Positions 10,374-22,329 of a stretch of DNA of 55,070 nucleotides are shown one piece after another. The stretch comes from Neovahlkampfia damariscottae (Eukaryota), in NCBI GenBank assembly GCA_016618085.1, contig JABLTG010000138.1:1-55070 (forward strand). Direction: 5' to 3'. The position numbers and the translations under genes were made by a program. The stretch's first letter is position 1; each line of letters starts with the position of its first letter. The notes under the pieces are model-generated. The model had not been told where the DNA came from and did not search any database. It saw only the letters and a program-made list of their open reading frames with translations.

Positions 10374-13300
10374 ATGAAGAAGGTACTACTACAATGGTTC
10401 AGTGGAAAGGGTTATACTATTTTCAAACAACCTTTGACCGTTTTTGATGATCAAAAGAAACGTTTAAATGCATCATTGTTCATTTGTTTAGATACAAGTT
10501 ATTCGATGGGAAATGACTTAAGAAATGCTACTAATAGCGTCAAAATGCTTTTAGATGAGGTTTTTGATGACTTTGATGAAGTTATCTTATTCAACTATTC
10601 AGATTACACTCTAGTAACCAAATTGGACAAGAATTATTCTGGAACTTTAGATTTAATCAAACTTAGAGGAATGACCAATTTTATTGATTGTATGAAGCAA
10701 GTGAAAGAAAAAACAAACCAAACAGAAAATGAAGTTTTTGTTCTTTTCTTAACAGATGGTCATCACAATTCAGGAGGTGATGTGGAAGAGGTCATTTCTC
10801 AAACAAAATGTTTACTATTCACCAAATCAAAAAATATTTCTTTTCATTCAATTGGCTTTCGTTCAGGTCATGATGCTAAATTATTAAATAGTATTTCAAA
10901 CATGGGAACCAATGAAGGAACTTTTCAATATGCAAAAGATTCAATTCTATTGAAAGAATCAATTTCAAATATACAAAATTTTGTTCATTCAGGCACTCAA
11001 AGAATGAAATTAAAATTGACCATTGAAAATACAACAACAAAATTTTTTGATTTCAAAAGTGGGATTTGTGTGATTGATATGGAATTTGAAAAAATACAAA
11101 ATTCATTATCTCTTATTGCTGATGATGTTGATATTAATGAATTAGATTTTCAAAATTTAGAAGGTGACAATTTCCAACAATTAGACATTTTTATTTCAAT
11201 TCAAAATCAAAAATTAATTGAATTCACAAACCAAGTATCAGATTCAGAAGCAATTGATACTAAAGAATTAGAAAACATTGATAATACTCTAACTTCTATG
11301 TTAGAAGACAAGAGATTTAAATCTTTGACAAAATTGGAAAAATCAGAAATCTTTGATCGTTTAAATCAAACCAAAAAAATGATATCTTCAATTTACAATG
11401 CTTACAAGAAGAATCTAAAGAATGGATTATCCAATGATGATCTAGCTACTTTGATATCAAGCTCATATGATCATATAACCAAAAGAAGTATCAAAAAACG
11501 TTTAGATAAACGTGTCATGAGTCAAATGGATTCTTTGAAAGAATCAGAAAAAAGATTGGAAGAAATTCATTCAAAAATGGATTTTAACAAAATTGAACAA
11601 CAAATTTCCAAAGAATCCAATGATTTCTACAAATGTGCTGTTTCTTGTTCAAATCTAATTGAATCGATGAAAGAAAAAAGTTCTGTTTGTTTGTCAGTAA
11701 AAATAGCAAGAAATGAATCAGCAATAATGGATCCATCACAACTCAAAATTAATGAAATTGGGAACACAATTATTTCAACAAGTGCTTTTCTTGATTCAGT
11801 TCAATTCAAACTTGATTCATTAAATTTCAATCATGAAAATACAGAGACAGTTCATGGTGGATTTTCAGGAAAGAATGGAAGTATCGTTAAAGGTATTGCA
11901 AGAGAAGATATTTCAGGTATCATTCCATTGTACATCAACAAAGATCATTGGAAAATACAAAAAGAAAATATTATCCCAGTATTTGGTTGGATGACAACAT
12001 TAGATATTTTTGGTTTCGAATCAGCTCAATTAAGAACCATTCCATTTGTGACTTTATCAACTTTTTTGAGAATGTCAAAATTAAGTGATTTTCATTCCAT
12101 TTCATTCATGCAAGTTGTCAGGACTTGTCGTCAACTTTATATTGAAAATAAAATGAGAGTTTTAGATTTTGAAATCCTTGAAAATCGTTTATCTGATGTT
12201 ATTTCAAATTTAAATTTATTATTGGGTAAATTACTTGTTGATGACAAGCATTATGAAAATCTTAATGATTTAATTTTATCAATTATTGAAGAATTCTTTC
12301 GAAGAAAAATGAAAACCGTTGGTGATTCTTTTCATGAATTATTATTAGAAAACATGAAATGTAAGTCAATGGTTAGTATGAGAACAGATTTAGAACCACA
12401 TGAATTACATGAAGAAAAAATACAATTTGTTGAAAATAGTTATGATTTTAAAGTTGCAAATGATATCACAAAAGTATTCGAAGATGAAATCAAATATTTA
12501 TTTCCTTTGCTTTCTAAATTCTACTTGGTTTACAAAAAATATCACAAATCGTTCTTGAATGATTTTTTAGATGAAATTGATAAGAATTCGGGTCTTCCAT
12601 CTTTAGAAATGATCAAAGAGTTGAAAGAAATCTTAAATATTGAACCTGTTGAATCAATGAAAAAATTATGTGAATTAATGTCTATTGAACCATTAACAAA
12701 AGAACAAATGTATGCTGTGATTATTCAATCTTTGGATTCAAGAACAAATTCATCAAGAAAAGAATTGATCAAAGAAGATTTAATTTTAAATCCATTCAAA
12801 GAATCTGAGGTGATCATGAAAAAATTTCTTGAAAATCAAAAACAAACTCAAATTAATCGCATCAAAAGTCATTGTTTGACTGCTTATAATATTGAAAATA
12901 AGTTCAAAAAATTTGATTTGAATCATTTGGTTTCATTAAACAAAATTTCCAATGATTTTTACAAAAAGACATTGGAATCACCTGCATTTGTAGCAAAGCT
13001 TTTCAAAATTCACACTTCATATACTTCTTCAATTTATAATAGATCATCAATTCTTGATGTTCCAACAGAAAATTGCTTGAAGGAATTGGTAGTGATGGTA
13101 AAAGGAAAACCAATCATTATCGTGTCAAATGGGATTCAAACCATTAATTTAATATCAATTTCAAAAGCATTAAAGGTAGATTCTTACAAAGTAAAATTTC
13201 CAAATTGCATTGATGCTGGTTGTTGCATTGACAAATTTGGGTTTTGTCTAGATTCAATCCCAATTTTTGGGTTTGATAAAGATACACCTGTTTATTTGAA

Positions 13301-13442
13301 CAGCAGAATACTATCAAAGAAATCAGATGAAATATTGATTTGTGCTTCTGGAGATGTAAATTTTTTGATGAAGATTGAAGTGGGAGATTTGAAGAAAATT
13401 CCAAATTTGAAATTCTTAGATTTTGAAACTGATTATCGATAG
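10374..13442 (+). CDS. vWA-domain protein with C-terminal YbaK/ProX-like domain
   Basis: MIDAS DTSYSM...TNF...FLTDG; C-terminal ~140 aa resemble YbaK. Confidence 0.75.
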   Translation: MKKVLLQWFSGKGYTIFKQPLTVFDDQKKRLNASLFICLDTSYSMGNDLRNATNSVKMLLDEVFDDFDEVILFNYSDYTLVTKLDKNYSGTLDLIKLRGMTNFIDCMKQVKEKTNQTENEVFVLFLTDGHHNSGGDVEEVISQTKCLLFTKSKNISFHSIGFRSGHDAKLLNSISNMGTNEGTFQYAKDSILLKESISNIQNFVHSGTQRMKLKLTIENTTTKFFDFKSGICVIDMEFEKIQNSLSLIADDVDINELDFQNLEGDNFQQLDIFISIQNQKLIEFTNQVSDSEAIDTKELENIDNTLTSMLEDKRFKSLTKLEKSEIFDRLNQTKKMISSIYNAYKKNLKNGLSNDDLATLISSSYDHITKRSIKKRLDKRVMSQMDSLKESEKRLEEIHSKMDFNKIEQQISKESNDFYKCAVSCSNLIESMKEKSSVCLSVKIARNESAIMDPSQLKINEIGNTIISTSAFLDSVQFKLDSLNFNHENTETVHGGFSGKNGSIVKGIAREDISGIIPLYINKDHWKIQKENIIPVFGWMTTLDIFGFESAQLRTIPFVTLSTFLRMSKLSDFHSISFMQVVRTCRQLYIENKMRVLDFEILENRLSDVISNLNLLLGKLLVDDKHYENLNDLILSIIEEFFRRKMKTVGDSFHELLLENMKCKSMVSMRTDLEPHELHEEKIQFVENSYDFKVANDITKVFEDEIKYLFPLLSKFYLVYKKYHKSFLNDFLDEIDKNSGLPSLEMIKELKEILNIEPVESMKKLCELMSIEPLTKEQMYAVIIQSLDSRTNSSRKELIKEDLILNPFKESEVIMKKFLENQKQTQINRIKSHCLTAYNIENKFKKFDLNHLVSLNKISNDFYKKTLESPAFVAKLFKIHTSYTSSIYNRSSILDVPTENCLKELVVMVKGKPIIIVSNGIQTINLISISKALKVDSYKVKFPNCIDAGCCIDKFGFCLDSIPIFGFDKDTPVYLNSRILSKKSDEILICASGDVNFLMKIEVGDLKKIPNLKFLDFETDYR

Positions 13443-13455
13443 TAGAATGTTGTAG

Positions 13456-14360
13456 TTAAAAAAATTTCTTTTTTTTATTCTTTTTTTCTTTTTTTGCTTT
13501 TTTTGCTTCTAATTCCTCTTCAATTTCTCTTTTTCTTTTTTTTTCTGCTTCTGTTTCAATGTATTCACTTGAACCACTGCTATTCAAAGAAAGAGGTGTT
13601 TGATCTAATACTGAATCATTTGGACCAACAAAGTTATCAAACTCATAGGGAATTTCGAAATTCTTTTCTTGTGTTTTTTGTTGAGATTTTTCATTATTTG
13701 TTTTTTCAATCATATTCATGTAGTTTTCAAATAAAATTTGTTGAAAAGTTGGTAACTCCAAATTACCTTTTGTCAAGTCCTAATGTGAAATTGTTATTTT
13801 TGCACTTTTTTTTTTACTTTTGGATTTTCAATCAGTTTTTCAATTTTTTCATTATCATAAAGAAAAGTTATACTTAATAATGGATCTATAACATTTTCTT
13901 TGATAAATTTAGCTGATTCTTCCATTAATGTACATTTAACTTCCCAATTAAAAGGTAAAGAGACATTTGCTTCTAATTCCAGAGTTGACTTTAATAAAAC
14001 AATAACTTCATCTTTCTAAAAATAAATTAAATTGAAAGAATACCTTTTCTGTGTCCAAGTCAAATGTTGAATCCAATGGAAGTGACACAAATTGTTCATC
14101 AATTACATTAATCAAATCAAAAGTGGACATTGAAATATTTGGACAAAATACCTGATTCCAATTAGAAAAATCATTCTTTTTTTTACTTTCATTTCTTTTG
14201 AGATCTCTTCTTCATTTGAGTGATTGTGAAAAACTCTCATCAAGTCTGTGATAATAATTGTATAACCATTTGAAGTCGAAACAAATTTATAATAGTGGTC
14301 AGTTTCTTTAGAAATTGGTAGTTTTTTCCAGTGTTGAGTTTGTAGAAGTTTTTCGTTCAT
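13456..14360 (-). CDS. NHEJ1: XLF/Cernunnos-like NHEJ factor (3 introns)
   Basis: Spliced: W..L...YYKF....YTIIITDL, LPFNWEVKC....SAKFIKENVIDPLL; basic C-terminal tail ending KKKKFF like a Ku-binding motif. Confidence 0.7.
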
Positions 14361-14376
14361 TGGTTCTTTTTCTTGA

Positions 14377-14433
14377 CCAATGAACAAAGTTCGTTTTTTC
14401 AACGGAAATTGGCGCTTATTTATGCACCAATCA
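14377..14433. promoter_or_regulatory. CCAAT boxes in a bidirectional promoter (example of a window-wide motif)
   Basis: CCAAT at 14377 and 14427 between divergent ATGs at 14360 and 14469. Confidence 0.6.
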
Positions 14434-14468
14434 CACTGATTTTCCAACCAAAATTCTCAAAGAAAAAC

Positions 14469-14919
14469 ATGACAACAACAACAGCACAAGAAAAATCAGG
14501 TTACACATACCAACCAAAACCACGTGTAAATTATGAACTCCTCAAATCAAACAGAGGTAAAATTGTTACATTGGTTGGAGTCGTTGAATCTATTGGCGAA
14601 AATTCCATTTCAATTAAAACAACTGATAACCAAACTGTAAAAGTAAGTTTTACTCTTTATTTCTGACTTATTTTGAAAGATTAATAACATTAGCCCAGAT
14701 TCAGAGTTAGCTCGAGGAACTGCAGTAGAAATTGAAGGAAAAGTTAACCAGGATTTAACTATTCAAGGTAGTTCTATGTTCATGATTCCAGAAGACAAAG
14801 AATCATTAGGTTAGTTCGTTTTTTTTTTTGTAACAAATATTTTTTTAGATTTTGAAGTTTATGATGAAATGGTGAAAATAATTAACCTCCAATTCAGAAC
14901 ACCATTTATGGATTTATAA
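14469..14919 (+). CDS. RPA3: Replication protein A 14-kDa subunit (2 introns)
   Basis: PRVNYELLK...GKIVTLVGVV...TTDN; VEIEGKV; DFEVYDEMV. Confidence 0.85.
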
Positions 14920-14973
14920 AAAAAAATAGAAATTTGAATAAAATTTAATTTTTTCCTCTCATTTTTTAATCCA

Positions 14974-15820
14974 ATGAAATCAATTTTCAAACTCTACAAA
15001 CCAACAACACAACTAAATAAACAAGTTTACTCAAAAACATCTTCGTAATGATATTCTCAATTTTTTAATTCAAAAAGTTCAAATCAATGGATGGAAAGAC
15101 AAACAACAGATCCTTATGTGAAAAAAAGAATAAAAGAAGGGTATGTTAAAAAGATGTTTAAAATTTAAAGGTATCGATCAAGAGCTGCTTTTAAATTGAT
15201 TGAAATGGATGATAAATTCAAATTTTTGAAACAAGATGTAATCATTGAATTAGGTGCAGCTCCAGGAAGTTGGACACAAATTGCTCGTGAAAGAATGAAT
15301 GAAGGAGGTAAAATAATAGCAGTTGATTTAGATTTTATATCACCTTTTCAAGAAAAACGAAATAATGTTCAAATTGTAAATATTGAAGGTGATTTTACCA
15401 AAGAAGAGACTATGGAAAAAATTATAGAAGAATTGAATCAGAAAAAGATTAATTTAGTATTAAGGTATTAATATATCAGATTTTAATCTTTTTTTGAAAG
15501 TGATATGGCTCCAAAGACATCTGGAATTCAACAAATGGATCATGGAAATATGATGAAACTTGCTTACACTGCTTTGGAATTTTCGAAATGGGTTCTAAAG
15601 AAAAATGGAATATTTTTAGTTAAGGTTTTTGAATTTTTGAATTTAAACTTTTTAGATATTTTCAGGTTCAGAGGAGAGTAGTTTCAAAACAAAATTGAAA
15701 TTGAATTTCAAAAGTGTAAAAAGTGTAAAACCAAAATCATCAAGAGGAAATTCAACTGAAATTTATTATCTATGTGAAGGTTTTCATTTCAAACAAGCAT
15801 CAAAAAATAAAGAAAAATAA
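14974..15820 (+). CDS. MRM2: RlmE/FtsJ-family rRNA 2'-O-methyltransferase, MRM2-like (4 introns)
   Basis: SSNQWMERQTTDPYVK, GYRSRAAFKLIEMD, ELGAAPGSW, SDMAP, KPKSSR..STEIY. Confidence 0.88.
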
Positions 15821-15868
15821 AAATTTAAAACAAACCAATTAATCAGTTTATTGGTCAATTGTATTGAA

Positions 15869-17739
15869 ATGTTTTCAAACAAAATAAAGGTGAGGAAACT
15901 TTTCCTAATTTTTTAAAGATTCCATGTTCTTTACTATTACAACATGGAAAAAGTTTCAAATTGTCACTCTACAAAGGCACATTTTCCGGTTGGAAAGAAT
16001 TTTTATTTGTTGAAAACAAAAATTTTTTTTATTATTATAAATCAGAAAAGGATGAAGTACCAACAGGTTGGTTAAACCTAACTGGAGCAAAAAGTAATAA
16101 AAAACAAAAAATAAATTCAAAAATTTCAAAAGTCACGAATGTCAAAGGAACTTACAGAATTGAGATTCAATTGGTCAAAATGACAAGACAAAAACAGCAA
16201 AAATTGTTGATTGAAGTATCAAAAAATGACTATGAAGAAGTGTACAATACAATACAATTGGCAACAACCATAGATTCATCTTCTGAAGTTATTTTTGAAG
16301 GTTGGTTATCAAAACAAGGAAGTTTGAATTGGAATGAGAGATATTTCATTTTGAGACCTTGGATGTTGTATTATTATACTAAAAAAGATAGTGTTGATTC
16401 GATTGATGAATATGATATTCATTTATTGGATGATGAAGAAGAAATGATCAATGAACTAAAAAAAGACTCAATAACAGAAGCAGCTCATGGAATCATACCA
16501 ATTTATCCAAATACAATCATACAACATTCTTTGGAACCAAAAGGTCGAAAATCTTCATTTTTTACATTTCCAAATTCTCCAAATCCAAAAGAACAATCAT
16601 CAGGACGAAGAGCACGTTCAAATAGTGGAAAAGACACACCACTCATTTATATATCAAATTCAGTTCAAAGTGAGAAAATACTGACACCAGTGAGTTCAAG
16701 CCCAGGAACACCAAACTCCAGTTCTCCTCCAATGACTCCAATCAAAAAAAGGTCATCAGTAGTTTATGAAGATTCAGGAAATCAGTTCATGAAAATAGCA
16801 ACCAAGGACTCTTCTGGATCATCTAAGATTTATTATTTTAAACACAAAGATTCAGATATTTTAGACTCTTGGATAAAAATCCTTCAGACATCTGTAATCA
16901 AACATCGAGTTCGAAGAAAACGAGAATTAATCATAGGTTTGCAAAAAAAAACATTTAACCTATAAAGAAAACAAAAATGGAAAAGGAAGTGAATTATTAA
17001 TTAAAGAAATTGAAAAAGAAAGAGAGAAATATCAAAACTCAATGGATATTAATGGGTAAAAAATGAAGAAACAAAGTTGACATTTTAATAGTTACATTCC
17101 AATGAAATTGATATTGAAAGGGAAATATCCATTTTTTGCATCACTTGATCTTGATTTTCCAATTAGTATTTTCGGAAAAGGAAAAGTTTGTATATATTCA
17201 GAAGAAGATGATCCTGTATTGAAAATAAATTCACCTAATGTTTGGATTAATAACTTAACATTAAGACAAAAAGAATGCGAAAATGTTTCTGCTGTAAATG
17301 TTGTCAGTGGATATGTATTTTTAGAACACTGTACCATCCAATCAAATTATTATTGTATTTCAGTCAATTCTCAAAGTGAATGCGATGTATTGCAATGCTC
17401 TTTTTGTAACTCAAATGGTGGTATTAAAATAAAACCTGGTGGTTATCTCAATGTTGAAAAAAGTTTGATTTCGAAAAACAAAGAAGGTATTGTAGTTGAA
17501 GAAGATGGATTTTTGAGAGTATTTGATTTTCACATGATTTTATTTTTTATTAGATGAAAGAATCAAGGATTGTCGAAAATGATATTGGGTTGACTTCATA
17601 CGCTTTGAGAAATACTTCATTGTTTGATAACTACTTTTCCAAAAATTTGAAAATGAAATCATTTTTTCCATTATCTTTTGATGATAATATGATTCATAGT
17701 GAAATGACAAAAGATTTGAAAAATTTGGTATTTGAATGA
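15869..17739 (+). CDS. PH-domain protein with C-terminal right-handed beta-helix (several introns)
   Basis: EGWLSKQGSLNWNERYFIL...LYYY PH motif; beta-helix-like repeats in 17102-17739; GT-AG introns join the ORFs. Confidence 0.65.
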
Positions 17740-17906
17740 ATTTGTCAACGAGATTTGAAAAATAAATTTCATTTCTGGTGGGCATCATATTTTTTTAGTG
17801 CTTTCAAAACAAATCTTCATCGTTTTGATTCTAATAGTACACAGAATGATGAAAATTTTATTTCCAACTCTATTTTTAGACAACCAATAGTATTCATAGA
17901 AACAAC

Positions 17907-19568
17907 ATGGGTAATGAAGCATCAAACGTGAAATTTAGAGTGAATCCAGATATTGAAGACAAAGAAACAATCTTAAAAAAGATAAAAAATTCAAACTGTA
18001 AGAAAACGAAAACTAAAAACAGTTCGAATTATTGACAATGACTGCAATCATATTATTGCCATTTCTACGAAAAAAAACTTTGTTGAATTCTACAATCAGC
18101 AACGTGATCATAATATTATTTACTTTTGCTCACCAGAAATTTTAGAAAAAAGTTCTATGAGTGTTAGAGAATTATATGAAAATAATTTGTATCCAGTTTT
18201 TCATCAAATGGCTTGTGAGATTATACTTAACAACAAAAAAGAAGAAAAAAAATGGGAAACATTAATCTTGGAAAATGGTGGTTTCATTAAGAGGAATGGA
18301 GCTCACAGATATATTTGTTTGGTAACTACAAACGAAATGATAAAAAAAAATGATTCAAAAATATTAAATTTTCTTTCAAATAAGAAAGATGTTAGAATAA
18401 TTTCAGTTGAAGAGATGAAAAAACGTGTTGAAGCAGTTTATTTCAAACAAAAAGATTTTGAAGTATCAATCAAAGAACTCATTCATATGGATGAAATTGA
18501 TGTAATCTGGGATGACTATAGAATATTTGAATCATTTGAATCAAGATTTAAAAATATTTCAAAGAAGAAAAATGAATCCAAAAAAATTGATTTCGTCCAT
18601 CTCATTCCAATAGAGATTTGGATATCAATTTTTATGTTTATTGAACCAGAAGATTTTAAACAAATCAGACAAACTTTTCATTCATTCAATTCGTTGTTTT
18701 ATGATGACTCATATTGGAAAATCATATTGGAATCTCAATTACCAAAATATCCATTTATACCAAAAATAGATCACCACAAAGTATTTAAAAAAGAGAGAGG
18801 ATTTGATTATTATCATATTTATAAGAATATCTATTTTCCAATCTTTCATGATGAATTAATGATTTCAAAGGAAATTAAAAAACAGGGAATTGAGATGAGT
18901 CAAGAAGAAATTGAAAAAAAGACTCAAATTGGGTTTTTTATGGATCACAAATTGAGTAAAAATTCGCCTTTAGGATGCTCCAAATTTGGAGGAAAACGTT
19001 TAATTCATATATTTTAATCTTTTCTATAGCTGATCTTCCTGATTCAATTTCTTGGCCTTTGGGATTCAATTTTATTTGTCAAATCAATTTAAATGATGAA
19101 ACTATAAAAAATTCACTCATTTTTAATCATTTTTTCAAAGGAAAAATAGGAATTCTTTATTTTTTCAGTAGGGGATGCGCTGAAGAAGCAAAAGTTTACT
19201 TTTATGAAACAAATGACAGAAAATCACTGAAAAAAATAGATTTCCCATCAGATAAAGAAGAATTTTTTTTTAATCAGAAATGGAATCAATGTGAACTTAA
19301 AGGATTTGATGTCATTTCCAATTTACGATTTGGGTTTGACAAGTATTTTGATAATGTTCACTTTCCACATGGAGCCGTAGAATTTTTTGGAACAAAAAGT
19401 ATCTTTTTTGAACCGGAAGAAGATGATATTATTTTATTGCAATTGAACTCTGATGATATAATGAATACTTGTTGGAATGACCTTGGAGATTTGTTCTTTT
19501 TCATTAAACAGGAAGATTTGGAAAATTTGAATTTTGAAAATGTAACAATAATGATTGACAGTGGATAA
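17907..19568 (+). CDS. BRCT-like + F-box + YwqG/DUF1963 protein (introns 17998-18022 and ~18998-19029)
   Basis: MGN.. start; F-box LIPIEIWISIFMFI...W; YwqG-like SKFGG-ADLP...WP, FICQINL, GILYFF, LLQL...W.D.G.L.FFI..DL. Confidence 0.7.
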
Positions 19569-19612
19569 GTAAGTACCCAGGAGTCTAATAAATTTTTATT
19601 TGTGACTGTTTT

Positions 19613-19846
19613 CACTGTTCTTCATGGAATTCGATCATAGAACTCATTTCCATCAATATTGTTTCTGCAGAAATTTCTCTGATGAATTTGAAATATTTTT
19701 TAGTAATCCATTTAATTTCTTTATCATTTTGTAATTCGTCTAAACAATAGGGTTATTCACTTCGATTGCATCTGGGAAAACAGCATAGAAGTAGTTTTGG
19801 AAGCAGTAAAAGAAGATTGCTATTCACTTCAGTATGGATTTAATTA
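19613..19846. pseudogene. Two oppositely oriented DUF4116-gene fragments
   Basis: Minus: LDELQNDKEIKWITKKYFKFIREI, matching the C-terminus of 20933-22282; plus: GYSLR...IEVVLEAVKEDCYSLQY. Confidence 0.7.
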
Positions 19847-20167
19847 AGTTTTAAGAGTTCTTTTAGTTTTGCCTGTTTATGAAGTTAAATTTTGGTTTTT
19901 ACTCTTGACAGAATAATTTCCAAAATAATTTCATTTGAAGAATTTTATTATTTTGATTTGAAACAGAACTTGTCAGAAGGCATCGCCACCCGAGGAAATC
20001 TCTAAAACAAGAAGTCCCTGCGATCATCAACGACGAGAATCATGAGATTTACAAATGAAACATGTCAGAATTCACGCTCAAAGTAGGATGCTTAATTCAT
20101 CTTCCAAGCGAAATTAGAAATTTGGTTATTCAAAAAATTATGAATATTCAAAAAAAAAAAAGATTCT

Positions 20168-20622
20168 TTAATAATCATTACTTAAAAAATATGTAAAAAC
20201 ATGTCTACATAAAATATATGTCGCAAATGTAACTCCTTTTTCAAAAATTAAAGCAAATTTCACGACTCACCTGGAAACCAACCAAATAAAGTCAATAAAC
20301 AACACAATAAAAATGCTCTAACCCACCCAAGTTCATACCACATATAAACATGTCCTAATTCCGAAGGATCAGCTCTTTCATAAGCGTTTGAACTCTGATA
20401 TTTATCATAAACATTTACTCGACTTGCTCTAAAACATGGTAGAGCAGAAAAAAGTATTGTCAAAGGTGGAGCAAACAAGATCAAAAAAAAAGGTGTTGAA
20501 ATAATACAGGTTAAGAAAACACAAGCAATTGGCGTCATGAACCAGTAACAACAGCAACATGAAATCAATGCTTGTATTTTTCGTCCAGAAGTGCTACAAT
20601 GACAATCACAACAGTATTCCAT
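20168..20622 (-). CDS. Cys-rich membrane protein with Pmp3/YqaE-like C-terminus (1 intron)
   Basis: LLCCLLTLFGWFPG|VTFATYIL after splicing. Confidence 0.6.
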
Positions 20623-20932
20623 CCCCTCTTTTTTTTTTTATGAAATTTAAACATTTTTTTGTTTTACTGTTAAATGTTCTTGCTACGAATGAAGCACTAA
20701 TTTTTTTTTTTAATTTTTGATATTTTTTTACTCGTCACACCACTCTTCATTACAAAATATACAACCAAAACAATTCGTCAAGCCTGATTTTTTAATTCAT
20801 TTTGTTCTTACAATTGTCATGCAAACAAACACATGAACTTTCTCTGTTGTCTTTCATTACCAAACACCTAGCTAAAATGAGATTGATTGGTTAAAAAAAA
20901 GTTGTGGCAAAAAGTTGGTTGGAACTGGTGTG

Positions 20933-22282
20933 ATGAATCAACTGACCAACAAAAATAAAAATGATGGATTTGATTTAAAACAGAACAAACAAGTTGTTTT
21001 TGAAGCTGTAAAAAGAGAAGGACTGTCTTTGGAATATGCATCAAATGAACTGAAAAACAATAAAGAAATTGTTTTAACAGCAGTAAAACAAAATGGAAAT
21101 TCACTTCAATTTGCATCAAAAAAATTACAAGACGACAAAGAAGTTGTGATCGAATCAGTGAAACAATTTTATGACTCATTTAGATATGCTTCAACAAGAT
21201 TAAAAAACGATGAAGAAACAGCGTTTGAAGTTGTAAAGATTTGTGGCTATACCATTGACCATGTATCAAATACATTAAAAAACAACAAAAAATTAGTTTT
21301 AGAAGCTGTAAAAAGAAACCCAACTTCACTTAGAAATTTATCGGACGATATCAAAAATGATAAAGAAATCATCATGGAAGCCGTACAAAAAACTGGTTCT
21401 TGTCTGTCATACGCATCAGAAGATTTGAAAAATGATAAACAAGTGGCTTTTGCTGCCGTAAAAAATGATGGGCTTTCTCTTGCTCTGGTATCGAATGATT
21501 TAAAGGATTATAAAGGTCTGGTATGTGAAGCAGTAAAACAACATGGAAATGCACTTAGATATGCATCACATCGGTTAAGAAATGATAAAAAAGTTGTGTC
21601 TTTAGCAATCGCTTCAAGAGGTCGATCACTTCAATATGCCTCAGATTATTTAAAGAATGACAAAGAAATTGTTTTACGAGCTATAGAAGCAGATTCTGAT
21701 GATATAGATTTTGGTTCATTTTGTTATGCATCAGAAAGACTCCAAAATGACATAGAAGTTGCTCTGAAAGCTGTTCAAAAAGATGGGCATACTCTTATGG
21801 TAGTTTCCAAGAAATTCAAGAGCAATCGTCAAATTGTTTTGGCTGCAGTCAAAAATGGACTTTCATTGTCCTTTGTAGAAGATATATTTAAAAATGACAA
21901 AGAAATTGTTTTCACAGCTATTAAGCACAAACCAACATCAATACAATATGCAACAGATGAATTTAAAAATGATAGAGAACTAGTTTTAGAATCAGTAAAA
22001 ATAAGAGGTGTTACACTTCAATATATGATTGAAAAATTCAAAATGGACTTGGAAGTTGTGAAAGAAGCAGTGAAGAATGACAAAGATGCTTTTCATTTTA
22101 TCTCACCAAAATTGAAAAATGATCGAGAAATTGTAATGGAACTTGTTTTAAATAATTCCTCATGTTTTCAAAATATAGAGAATGATTTGAAGGAAGATAA
22201 AGAAATCGAATGGAATTCCAAGAAATATTTTAGATTCATCAAAGATATAAAAGTTGTTGATGTAGAATTCAAATTTCTCTAG
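20933..22282 (+). CDS. DUF4116 repeat protein
   Basis: ~17 repeats of LKNDKEIVLEAVKQNG.SLQYAS. Confidence 0.92.
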   Translation: MNQLTNKNKNDGFDLKQNKQVVFEAVKREGLSLEYASNELKNNKEIVLTAVKQNGNSLQFASKKLQDDKEVVIESVKQFYDSFRYASTRLKNDEETAFEVVKICGYTIDHVSNTLKNNKKLVLEAVKRNPTSLRNLSDDIKNDKEIIMEAVQKTGSCLSYASEDLKNDKQVAFAAVKNDGLSLALVSNDLKDYKGLVCEAVKQHGNALRYASHRLRNDKKVVSLAIASRGRSLQYASDYLKNDKEIVLRAIEADSDDIDFGSFCYASERLQNDIEVALKAVQKDGHTLMVVSKKFKSNRQIVLAAVKNGLSLSFVEDIFKNDKEIVFTAIKHKPTSIQYATDEFKNDRELVLESVKIRGVTLQYMIEKFKMDLEVVKEAVKNDKDAFHFISPKLKNDREIVMELVLNNSSCFQNIENDLKEDKEIEWNSKKYFRFIKDIKVVDVEFKFL

Positions 22283-22329
22283 AGATTTCAATTGATCATT
22301 AAAAATTTGATCCAATTAAACTTTAAGAA

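Noticed and set aside
14115..14155. AG|GT junction after the first XLF intron as another zero-length exon
   Set aside because: No acceptor AG at intron-like distance, and the sequence translates as plausible XLF exon (VFCPN...).
20933..22282. Regular ~75-nt periodicity resembling an array
   Set aside because: Degenerate protein-coding DUF4116 repeats, not CRISPR.
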